Origin: a virus
Taxonomy: Duplodnaviria; Caudoviricetes
Strand: one strand, 5' to 3'
DNA length: 35,731 nucleotides
Virus record (IMG/VR): IMGVR_UViG_3300046779_000647
Coordinates: 1-35,731 of that record
This document shows, in pieces, positions 25,631-33,903 of the stretch. The position numbers and the translations under genes were made by a program. Each line of letters begins with the position of its first letter. Position 1 is the stretch's first letter. The notes beneath the pieces were generated by a model, which saw nothing but the letters and a program-made list of their open reading frames with translations, was not told where the DNA came from and did no database searches.

Positions 25631-26812
25631 TTAGTAGGTTCCACCATTGATTGTTGTTACATAGCCCGCTGCTTCAGCGGCACTAGCGGCTGCTGCTGTG
25701 GCACTTGCTGCTGCGTTAGTGGCACTCGTAGAAGCACTAGAGGCACTATTGGAGGCATTGGTAGCACTCGTAGACGCAGCAGAGGCACTGTTAGAAGCAT
25801 TCGTTGCACTGGTTGATGCACTAGAAGCACTGTTAGATGCGTTAGTGGCGCTAGTGGAAGCACTAGAGGCACTCCCTGAGGCGCTAGTGGCACTAGAGGC
25901 AGCGTTAGTCTCGCTAGTGGCAGCATTGGTAGCACTCGTTGCTGCTGCATTCTTAGAGCTCAGAGCACTGCTGGCACTAGAGGCTGCATTGGTTTCGCTA
26001 GTGGCCGCAGCAGTAGCGCTGTTAGCCGCTGCTGTGGCGCTAGTGGCTGCATCAGAGGCTTTAGTGGTTGCTGTGCTGGCGCTAGAGGCTGCACTGGTTG
26101 CACTAGAGGCAGCATTAGTGGCACTGGTGTTTGCTGCATCCTTATAGGTTAACGCATTGCTTTCACTCGTAGCAGCGTTAGTAGCACTTGTTGAAGCCGC
26201 AGAAGCGCTTGTAGATGCTGAGGAGGCTGACGATGCAGCGCTTGTTGCACTGTTACTTGCATTAGTAGCGCTCGTAGAAGCATTTGTTGCACTCGTAGAA
26301 GCTGCTGAAGCACTGCTTGCTGCATTGGTTTCACTGATAGCAGCATTGGATGCACTGGTGCTAGCCTCAGTAGCCTTGGTGCTAGCCGTAGAAGCACTAG
26401 CAGACGCATTAGAAGCACTTGTGGAGGCTGCTGAAGCACTGGTGCTAGCTGAAGAGGCACTAGAGGCTGCATTTGTGGCGCTAGTGGACGCTTCAGAAGC
26501 CTTTGTAGTGGCTGTAGATGCACTCGTAGATGCACTGGAAGCACTAGAAGCTGCATTGGTTGCACTTGTGCTGGCTTCAGAGGCTTTGGTTGTAGCAGTT
26601 CCAGCACTGGTGGACGCACTGCCAGCGCTTGTGGAGGCACTAGAGGCCGCTGAAGAGGCTGTAGAAGCGCTAGTAGCAGCAGCGGAGGCACTGGCAGCAG
26701 CAGCAGTCGCAGAAGCTGTCGCCTCAGCAACCTTCTCAATAACTAAGGCTGCTTGACTTGCTGCATCATCAGTAGCGTCCCCGGAACCACCAGGACCACG
26801 GTAAATCGCCAT
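25631..26812 (-). CDS. Ser/Ala/Thr-rich fibre stalk protein (lambda Stf-like repeats)
   Basis: 7/14-aa repeats such as ASTSATNAASSASS; ends INGGTY. Confidence 0.75.
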   Translation of the reverse strand: MAIYRGPGGSGDATDDAASQAALVIEKVAEATASATAAAASASAAATSASTASSAASSASTSAGSASTSAGTATTKASEASTSATNAASSASSASTSASTATTKASEASTSATNAASSASSASTSASAASTSASNASASASTASTKATEASTSASNAAISETNAASSASAASTSATNASTSATNASNSATSAASSASSASTSASAASTSATNAATSESNALTYKDAANTSATNAASSATSAASSASTATTKASDAATSATAAANSATAAATSETNAASSASSALSSKNAAATSATNAATSETNAASSATSASGSASSASTSATNASNSASSASTSATNASNSASAASTSATNASNSASSASTSATNAAASATAAAASAAEAAGYVTTINGGTY

Positions 26813-28897
26813 TTAGACTCCAAACAGTTTAGTAGTTACAGGAGTAAACTTAGTGTCATACCATTGCTGTAATGGCTCAGCCACGTTGATGTTACTTCCT
26901 GGGAACAATCGGTTATAGTTCTGCTGCACCTGTTGGTAATACTCTGGACTATTGAAGTTCATTCCAGAATAAGTACCTGTAAACGGTGTAACAGGTTGCT
27001 CAGGAGGGATTACAGGAGCTGTTGAAGGCGTTGTAGAAGGTTTTAACACCGTGCTCAATGCTCCAGTGGTTCCAAATAAACCTGCACCAAAGCGTAGAAG
27101 ATTCAGAATCTGAGCATTGGTTAAACCAGGAACTTCTGGACTCTTTTGAGTATCTTCCGGTGCTGCGGTGTAGTCTGCTTCCAAAGCCGTAGACACATCT
27201 TCAAGCGTATTACCAGGAGTAGCATCAGCGGCTAAGTCCTGCCCAGATACGGTAGTGTCGTCTGTGAGAACATTGACAACATCCTCAATAGTGTTTCCAG
27301 GCACTGAATCAGCAGCTAAATCTTGTCCAGAAACTAACGTATCTTCACCACCCATACCAGTCATAGTATCAATAACGTCTTGAATACCTGCTGTAGTTCC
27401 ATCATCCGCAATAACATCAGTACCTACGGTAGCAGGAATAGTATCCTCACCAGTGGTTGCTACAACGGTATCAGTACCTGTAACTGCTGGAATAGTGTCT
27501 TGAGTTAACGTAGTGATAATATCTTCAACAGTATTACCAGGGAGGGAATCAGCAGCCAAGTCTTGACCGGACACTAGAGTATCTTCTGCGATAACGCTAG
27601 GAATAGTATCAGCAACCGTTACAGAAGGAACCGTATCTTGTGTCAATACACTGATAATATCGTTAACAGAATTACCCAAGACACTGTCAGCACTCAGATC
27701 CATACCAGAAACTAAGTCTTCAACTTCAGAGCCTTTAAAGACATCAGCAACCACAGAAGTAACAGGAGCTTCTGTAGGTGCAGTAACCGTAGGCTCAGGA
27801 GGACCAACAAGCGTACTGAGATTGTTAACAACAGCGTTAGTCAAAGATGTATCAAAAGACTGACCAGACAACAAACCTTTAGCTAAGGATTCTCCAACGG
27901 TTCCAACAGCCTGAGAACCAGTAACATCAGCAATCGTAGAACCTACACCGAGTTGATTCAATCCTTGTGTAGCTAACAAACCCTTAGCAACAGACTCTAG
28001 ATTACCTTCATCAACCGCAGCAACAGTGCTCAAAGCAGTCCCAAGTCCAGGAGCGATTGCGTTACCAACAACCGTTGCGATTGGTCCTAACTCTTTGACA
28101 ATGTCTCCAAGAGAGCCGATTGCGCTGCCAAAATCGCTGGCTAGATTTCTAAAGAAACCGCCGCCACTTCCTGGCGTATAGAAAAACTGTTGCGCTGCAT
28201 TTTGAATAGGCGCCACTTGCCCAGTCTCAGGATTGCCTGCAATCAATCCGTGAATATAACCTGCGCCAACTTGGTTGTAGACAGAAAACTGATAGACATT
28301 TGGCGTCCCTGTAGGTTTTAGCGTGAGCGAGTTACGCCCATCCGGATTCTTTGGGTCAGTAGTCAATACAAGCTCTGTAATAGGATTACCGCCTTCATCC
28401 TCGCCAACTTTCATTTGAGAAAATTTTGCCGAGCCATTATTGATGGCAGACATTACGCGAGAGTACGGTTCTGACTGTTTGCTCCAATAATCCGTTGTCG
28501 TTTTATTAACAAGTTGTTGAGCAGAAAGATTTGGGTTATTGGCTACGTCTTCGGCAGTAACAGTAATTGGGTTGCGGCTTGTTGCAGCAATTTTGTTTGC
28601 ATCAGCCAACAATGTCTGCCTACGAGCATTCTCTTGTTCTTGTGCTGCAAGACGCTCTTGGTTAGCTTTTTCAATCGCTGCATACTCATCAGCAGTCTTA
28701 CTTACAGAAGAAATAAAAGCATCACCAGCAAAAGCAAACCCAGGATCTTTACCTAAATAGGCTTTCTGAAGTCCAATATAATCCGATGTATCAACAGCAC
28801 CATCACCATTGACGTCATACTTGGCATCAAATGGTTTTTTGCCTGTTGCAATCTTTAAAGCATACAGAGCATCGTCTAATGTTGGTTTAGAAGCCAT
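26813..28897 (-). CDS. large acidic late protein with dockerin-like N-terminus and internal repeats
   Basis: DVNGDGAVDTSD Ca-loop; 4x VSGxDLxADxxxGNxxxD. Confidence 0.75.
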   Translation of the reverse strand: MASKPTLDDALYALKIATGKKPFDAKYDVNGDGAVDTSDYIGLQKAYLGKDPGFAFAGDAFISSVSKTADEYAAIEKANQERLAAQEQENARRQTLLADANKIAATSRNPITVTAEDVANNPNLSAQQLVNKTTTDYWSKQSEPYSRVMSAINNGSAKFSQMKVGEDEGGNPITELVLTTDPKNPDGRNSLTLKPTGTPNVYQFSVYNQVGAGYIHGLIAGNPETGQVAPIQNAAQQFFYTPGSGGGFFRNLASDFGSAIGSLGDIVKELGPIATVVGNAIAPGLGTALSTVAAVDEGNLESVAKGLLATQGLNQLGVGSTIADVTGSQAVGTVGESLAKGLLSGQSFDTSLTNAVVNNLSTLVGPPEPTVTAPTEAPVTSVVADVFKGSEVEDLVSGMDLSADSVLGNSVNDIISVLTQDTVPSVTVADTIPSVIAEDTLVSGQDLAADSLPGNTVEDIITTLTQDTIPAVTGTDTVVATTGEDTIPATVGTDVIADDGTTAGIQDVIDTMTGMGGEDTLVSGQDLAADSVPGNTIEDVVNVLTDDTTVSGQDLAADATPGNTLEDVSTALEADYTAAPEDTQKSPEVPGLTNAQILNLLRFGAGLFGTTGALSTVLKPSTTPSTAPVIPPEQPVTPFTGTYSGMNFNSPEYYQQVQQNYNRLFPGSNINVAEPLQQWYDTKFTPVTTKLFGV

Positions 28898-29055
28898 TAT
28901 TCTTCTTTAGCTTTTGTTTTCTTCTTAGGCTCTTCTACAACTTCAATAACTTCTTCCCACTCAGGATTATCACGGAAACTCTTAATGTCACCTTCCTCTA
29001 CAACAACAGCGTAGCGCTTAGGGTCGTCATTATGAATCATCTTAAATGTAGCCAT
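28897..29055 (-). CDS. small protein downstream of the capsid gene (52 aa, MATFKM...)
   Basis: AAAGGA RBS; TAATG coupling. Confidence 0.7.
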   Translation of the reverse strand: MATFKMIHNDDPKRYAVVVEEGDIKSFRDNPEWEEVIEVVEEPKKKTKAKEE

Positions 29056-29069
29056 GGTGTTTCCTTTCT

Positions 29070-29126
29070 GAAAAGCCCCGTAGGGCTCTTTAAAAAGGAC
29101 TCCATCCTTTTGAGATGGAGCCTTAG
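29070..29126 (-). terminator. tandem intrinsic terminators after the major capsid gene
   Basis: CTCCATC-loop-GATGGAG then TCCTTTTT; then GAGCCC-TACG-GGGCTTTT. Confidence 0.75.
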
Positions 29127-29155
29127 GGGTGCAAGCTCTTAACGAGTTATAGTTA

Positions 29156-30076
29156 TTAAGCCAGAACGATGATAGGCACGCACGAGGTGTCACGCAGCTC
29201 AGACACGCCATACAGCGTATCAGCGGTGAACAACGTACCCAGGAATTCCTGCTTGTATTGGGTCTGCGAACGAACACCCAATTGCTCCACCAACACGGCG
29301 AAGTCACGCTGGAACAACAGAGCAACTTTGTCAGGGGTAGAAGCAGCGGTGGTGTCACAGTTCGTGGACACAAACACTTTCACGCCATAGATGTCACCGA
29401 ACTCACCGTTCATCAGGGTAGAACCCGTGCCTTTGAAGGCCTGCTCGGTGAAGCGAGCGATACCCAACATGCTGTTACGAGCAACCGGGGGAACAACCAG
29501 AGCACGGCCGTCCATCGGAACATCGTTGTCATCCAAACGTTGGATAGCCTTACGGATACCAGCGTCAGCGATAGCAGCAGCGTTAGAAGTACCATAGGTG
29601 TAAGCAGCACCGGTAGAACCGATCAAGCCACCGGCGTATTGTTGGTTGCCAGCAGTACCGCCGTTAGCGCCACGACCCAACTGGATCAAGCTGGTGTCAA
29701 CTTGCTTAGCCAGGGCGTAACCAGCATCTTCCGTGTAGAAGCCACGCAGGCTCGACAGGGCTTGAGCTTCCACGATGTCCTCGATCAAACGCGAGTATTC
29801 GTAGTGGTTAGCAATCGACACAGAAATGTCGCTATCGCTTTCAGCAATCAAGGTAACGGTGTTAGCAGCGGTCTTGGCAGAAGCAGAACCACGAGCAGGG
29901 CTAGGAATGTGAACGGTGTCACCTTTCTTACCCTTGAAGTTCATCTTCTTAACCAAGTTAGCCATAACGAGGTTCTTCTTATACGCAGCAACAATCTCAT
30001 CACTCCATACTTCAGGAATAAAGTTAGCTGCGCTGCTGGTGGTTACGGCATTTGCGCCGGAAAAGGTATTTGCCAT
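29156..30076 (-). CDS. major capsid protein
   Basis: FIPEVWS, GDTVHIP, AGYALAKQVD, G.IYGV.V..S, ADTLYG; follows the scaffold; strong codon bias. Confidence 0.92.
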   Translation of the reverse strand: MANTFSGANAVTTSSAANFIPEVWSDEIVAAYKKNLVMANLVKKMNFKGKKGDTVHIPSPARGSASAKTAANTVTLIAESDSDISVSIANHYEYSRLIEDIVEAQALSSLRGFYTEDAGYALAKQVDTSLIQLGRGANGGTAGNQQYAGGLIGSTGAAYTYGTSNAAAIADAGIRKAIQRLDDNDVPMDGRALVVPPVARNSMLGIARFTEQAFKGTGSTLMNGEFGDIYGVKVFVSTNCDTTAASTPDKVALLFQRDFAVLVEQLGVRSQTQYKQEFLGTLFTADTLYGVSELRDTSCVPIIVLA

Positions 30077-30105
30077 TTTAAAAGTTTCCTTAAAAAGTTA
30101 ATTTG

Positions 30106-30888
30106 TTATTTGACCCTACCTTCAGAGTATGCTGCCATAATCTCAGGCTGCAATTGCTCATAACGGTCAGGATCAGTCATTTTTAGCCGGATCAGGTCGG
30201 CACGGCGATAAATTTTCTTGCTGGACTCTCCAGTACCTCCAACATCCACAGAAGCGGCTTTAAGATTCTGTTTCAGGACTTTATTTCCTGCATCAGTGGT
30301 CTGTTTAGCTTTTGCTCCTCGGATCTGTTTGTATGTACTCAGAAGCTCATCAGCAGCATTAAAATCGTATTGAGCGTCTGCCATAGCAAACATATTCAAA
30401 CGAATCGGAGAGGCTTTAACCCACTCCTGAAACTCACCGTCAGATACTACCTCTGCAAAGTCAGGATGCTTTTGTTGAAGCATTTGCTGAGTCTGCATCT
30501 TCTTGAATTGAATTGCAGCTTCTTTTGCAGCCAGTACGTCAGGGTGAGATTCAACTGCCTTTAGAACCGCTGTTTTCGGATCCTCAAAAAAGTCAATCTC
30601 GGTTTCTTGTTTAGCAGGTGTTGGTGTCTTATTAACGAGTTGTTGCTTGATTAGATCGTCTGCTAGCTTACGAACCTCTCCAACCTCTTGAGCCTGCCTA
30701 CCAATCAGCTTTTCAGCCTCCTGGTGCATCTTAATAATCTCATCAAGACTCTTGCCTGAGTATTTTTCAGGAATCTTGGGAGCTTCTTGCTCAGGTGCTA
30801 CCTCTCGTTTAACTTCAGTAGCTTGTTGTTTTTGTTCTTCAGCCTCAAACTCACTAGGCTGCTCGGATTCTAGATCAACTATTGCCAT
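30106..30888 (-). CDS. capsid scaffolding protein
   Basis: Acidic helical protein; IPEKY.GKS; C-terminal EIMAAYSEGRVK; directly upstream of the capsid gene. Confidence 0.85.
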   Translation of the reverse strand: MAIVDLESEQPSEFEAEEQKQQATEVKREVAPEQEAPKIPEKYSGKSLDEIIKMHQEAEKLIGRQAQEVGEVRKLADDLIKQQLVNKTPTPAKQETEIDFFEDPKTAVLKAVESHPDVLAAKEAAIQFKKMQTQQMLQQKHPDFAEVVSDGEFQEWVKASPIRLNMFAMADAQYDFNAADELLSTYKQIRGAKAKQTTDAGNKVLKQNLKAASVDVGGTGESSKKIYRRADLIRLKMTDPDRYEQLQPEIMAAYSEGRVK

Positions 30889-30947
30889 ACCTACCTCTTT
30901 CCTGCCGAATTAACGGTTCTAGGATATTTTTAGAATAGCACAGACCT

Positions 30948-31190
30948 TTAAAGGTTCTCTGTACCGTTTTGTTTGCGCTCAATGGCTAATTTCTCAGCCC
31001 TCTTACGCTCCCAAGCGTCATAAGCAGTAGGGTAGTCACCTGTAATACCATCTAACTTAAACCTGGGTTTGGAGATGATTCGAGTAGCCTCTTGTGAACA
31101 ATGAACGCATTGCATTGCTCGGATGCTGTCCTCTACTAACGCCTCCGATATGTGAGCTTGTTCACACATGAACTCAAAGATTCGTTTCAT
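30948..31190 (-). CDS. FmdB-like zinc-ribbon protein
   Basis: FEFMCEQAH...CVHC...RIIS.P; GGAG before ATG 31190. Confidence 0.7.
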   Translation of the reverse strand: MKRIFEFMCEQAHISEALVEDSIRAMQCVHCSQEATRIISKPRFKLDGITGDYPTAYDAWERKRAEKLAIERKQNGTENL

Positions 31191-31416
31191 CTTGGAGCTC
31201 CTTGTAAACTTCCTCACACATTTCCTTCCGTCTAATAACCAGATTAAGAATATCTAACTGTCCTTGCCGGAAATACAAACTTTGTGTGTCCGTGACAGTG
31301 GATATGTCGTTTAAACTAGCTTTTAACTTCTGGAAATCCTCAATCAACATTGCCCACCCTTTGGTGGACATCATTGAAAATGTTTCTTCGTAGTAATGTT
31401 GTAAGGATTGCTCCAT
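31174..31416 (-). CDS. conserved small protein between portal and scaffold
   Basis: GW...LYFRQGQLDIL motif; AGGA RBS. Confidence 0.75.
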   Translation of the reverse strand: MEQSLQHYYEETFSMMSTKGWAMLIEDFQKLKASLNDISTVTDTQSLYFRQGQLDILNLVIRRKEMCEEVYKELQDETNL

Positions 31417-31445
31417 AATGGAATCCTATGTATTAATAATAACGT

Positions 31446-31474
31446 AGCATACACTAAAAAGTGTACATTGTCAA
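31446..31474 (-). promoter_or_regulatory. sigma70-type promoter for head genes
   Basis: TTGACA (31474-31469), 17-bp spacer, TATGCT (31451-31446). Confidence 0.75.
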
Positions 31475-33471
31475 GCCTTTTTTGCTTTATTTACCATTTG
31501 AAGAGCTGCAATACGCTCGTTTGAGGCAATATCAGCAGCTTTTAGGTTAACTTGCTTCTCTTTGAGCATCATGTCAGCCAGTTTCAAACGCTTTTCAAAG
31601 TCTCCGCCCTTGTCCAGGTTCGTAGAAGCAGCTTGAATGACGTCAACACGATGCTTTTCAGGGATCAATTGAGCTTCAATCATGGTCTTTTGAGCCTCTG
31701 CCTGCTCTTTAGCAGCCTTAGCAGAGGTTTCCTGCACCTGAGCCTGCGTAAGAGCCTGCTGAAGCTGCTGAGCCTGCATAGCAGCCTGCTGCGCTTGAGG
31801 ATTAGGTTGACTCATTTGGTCCAAAGCAGCCATTAGTTCTGCCCTGTTGGACAAGGAACTGTTAGCCAGGATACCTTTAAGGATGATCGGGAGCACCGGA
31901 GTGTCAGGACCAAGGGTTTGCAACAAACCAATGAACTGTTGTTGCTCGTACTCTCGTGCCATGATACCCAACGTACCGGTAGGAATAAACTCCATGTCCA
32001 CAGACGGGTAACGCTCAGGTGCAAACTGCATGTAACGGAAGGCAGCTTTCTTGATAAACGGAATCAAGAAGTCTTCCTGGAAGTTACTTAGAGTACGTTT
32101 GTACTTCTTAATAACCCCAGCCAACACCATGCTCATACCGCTAGCGCCAGCGTCCCGAGGAACGTTAGAAGGCATGCCAGAGGCGTCTACCGTACCGGTT
32201 GCTTGCAGCAGCATACGCTCGAAGTTCTGAGCAGCTTGAGCGTTGTTACCGTCAGTTTGACCGAACTTAAAGGGAAATAGGATCTCAGACGGATTACCGT
32301 TGGTCAAAATAGCCTTACCAGGACGAACCTCAAACTTAGCCCCACGAGGCAAGCGAGTAGCATCCATGGCAATCATAGGAGCCGTGGTAAGAGCCATAGA
32401 GTCCAACTGAGCGCGATACTGGCTGTCAATAGCCTTCTGCATGTTAAAGGCCTTCTCAGCCGTACCACGACCCCAGAAGCGACCAGGAACCGTATCGTCT
32501 TGGTAAGCCACCACAGGACGATCCTTCATCATGTAAGGATTCGCTTCAGCCTTAAGAAGAACGCTACCGTTAGCGATAACCACAATGGCTTCCACCAAGT
32601 TAGCATAGTCCTCAGCTTCAGAACCTTCAGGGAACAACTCTTCGTATTCCTCATCCTCTGCTTCATCCAGATACTCACGGGGAACCAAACCATAGTAGGT
32701 CAACAAGGTAACCTTATCATCTTGGTACTGAGAATCTTCTTGAGTGGGCTCCAGCTCTGAATTGGTGTAAGACGTACCAATGTCAACTTTCTTGTAAACC
32801 CCGTTCTCCATGTTCTGCACCACCTTGTGCAAGGAGACATACTTTTCAATGGCCACACCCAACGCATCTTCGATGCTGTCAGCATTGGGGTCAATCAAGA
32901 AGTTCTTAGGGTTAATAGGCTTCAGAGGAACACTGATTCGATTGTACTCTTCCACACCAATGGCAGCAGTACCAGCCACACCAGGGATAGGCTTAGTAGC
33001 AGGACGGAAAGCAGTTACTTCCTTAACCAGGATCTCACCAATGCCTGTACCATAGATCTCAGCCATCAGTTCGATAGCATCCACAGCCTTGATGATCTTG
33101 TCTTGTTTGAAGTCTTCGTTAAGCTTTGCTTTGATTTCTTCCACATCCAGAGGATTACCATTGACATCCATGATGTCGTCTTTGATGTCAAAGAACTCAC
33201 CTTGACCAAAGATAGCTTCCATGACCTCAGCGTGGCGAGTCTCAATAGCTTGCTGGGTGGCAGGAGACACAATACGGCTACGCTCAGACTCTTTAGTTTT
33301 ATCCAAAGCAGACCAGCGACCACGGAAGATACGCTCGTACTCTTCCCAGTCACCCATGAAGTTAACATCACGGTAGTCACGCCAACGGTTCGTATGCTCC
33401 ACCACGAAGCTTACAAGCTCTCGTTCGCTTTCCGTGGGTTCTTCGTAACCTTCGTATTCAGTTTCTTCCAT
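31471..33471 (-). CDS. portal protein
   Basis: 666 aa after the terminase; IYGTGI, PGRFWGRG, C-terminal Gln-rich coiled coil (P22-like barrel). Confidence 0.9.
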   Translation of the reverse strand: MEETEYEGYEEPTESERELVSFVVEHTNRWRDYRDVNFMGDWEEYERIFRGRWSALDKTKESERSRIVSPATQQAIETRHAEVMEAIFGQGEFFDIKDDIMDVNGNPLDVEEIKAKLNEDFKQDKIIKAVDAIELMAEIYGTGIGEILVKEVTAFRPATKPIPGVAGTAAIGVEEYNRISVPLKPINPKNFLIDPNADSIEDALGVAIEKYVSLHKVVQNMENGVYKKVDIGTSYTNSELEPTQEDSQYQDDKVTLLTYYGLVPREYLDEAEDEEYEELFPEGSEAEDYANLVEAIVVIANGSVLLKAEANPYMMKDRPVVAYQDDTVPGRFWGRGTAEKAFNMQKAIDSQYRAQLDSMALTTAPMIAMDATRLPRGAKFEVRPGKAILTNGNPSEILFPFKFGQTDGNNAQAAQNFERMLLQATGTVDASGMPSNVPRDAGASGMSMVLAGVIKKYKRTLSNFQEDFLIPFIKKAAFRYMQFAPERYPSVDMEFIPTGTLGIMAREYEQQQFIGLLQTLGPDTPVLPIILKGILANSSLSNRAELMAALDQMSQPNPQAQQAAMQAQQLQQALTQAQVQETSAKAAKEQAEAQKTMIEAQLIPEKHRVDVIQAASTNLDKGGDFEKRLKLADMMLKEKQVNLKAADIASNERIAALQMVNKAKKA

Positions 33472-33480
33472 TGTGTTTCC

Positions 33481-33747
33481 TTACCATTTAACTTTGTTGG
33501 CCCAATACGCCGCTGACATGCGCCCTTTGGCGATATTGTCTGCGTGACGAGCTTTGAAGGATTTATTACGGGCAGACCCCTCAGGAGAACCTTGTACGCC
33601 TTGTTGTCCAAAGCGAATCAACTTAACTTCGTCACCATCCTTTGCCACCACTACGTGGCTCTTGGTGGGATGGTCAGGGGTGCGTTTAGGTTTGTTATAA
33701 CCTTCAACCCCAGCACGCTCAAGTCGAGGATCTTTGGCTTTAGGCAT
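33481..33747 (-). CDS. small basic protein (IRFGQQG...SFKARH...SAAYWA type)
   Basis: Recurrent phage motif; lies between terL and portal. Confidence 0.75.
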   Translation of the reverse strand: MPKAKDPRLERAGVEGYNKPKRTPDHPTKSHVVVAKDGDEVKLIRFGQQGVQGSPEGSARNKSFKARHADNIAKGRMSAAYWANKVKW

Positions 33748-33901
33748 TTGTTTTCTTTCTTTTCTTGGCGGTCTTGGCAGAATCCTTGAAGTCTTGAGCC
33801 GTAGGTGCTCCTTTGCTTCCAGGTTTCCTCATTCTTTCACCAGAACCAGCTTCAATGCGCTTACGCTTAGCATTGATGTTTGCGTACAATCCTTGTTTCA
33901 T
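33740..33901 (-). CDS. small basic protein (53 aa, MKQGLYANINAKRKRI...)
   Basis: Fills the gap between terL and the next gene; Lys/Arg-rich. Confidence 0.7.
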   Translation of the reverse strand: MKQGLYANINAKRKRIEAGSGERMRKPGSKGAPTAQDFKDSAKTAKKRKKTNA

Positions 33902-33903
33902 AA

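Noticed and set aside
25622-25633. Stalk and fibre genes are in frame across TAA plus 9 nt, suggesting read-through fusion
   Set aside because: One-in-three chance of being in frame; TAA is rarely leaky; the spacer is simply the AAGGA RBS
25657-26756. Long Ala/Leu/Val/Glu ORFs on + and alternate-frame ORFs on -
   Set aside because: Antisense and frame shadows of the low-complexity S/A/T gene
29056-29373. Long N-terminal extension of ORF 28897-29373, or a capsid frameshift product
   Set aside because: The extension crosses the terminator hairpins; a good RBS supports the start at 29055; no clear slippery site noticed at the capsid 3' end
29258-30163. 301-aa + strand ORF
   Set aside because: Antisense to the major capsid gene; explained by its codon bias; no motifs
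32827-33516. 229-aa + strand ORF
   Set aside because: Antisense to the portal gene; no recognisable features
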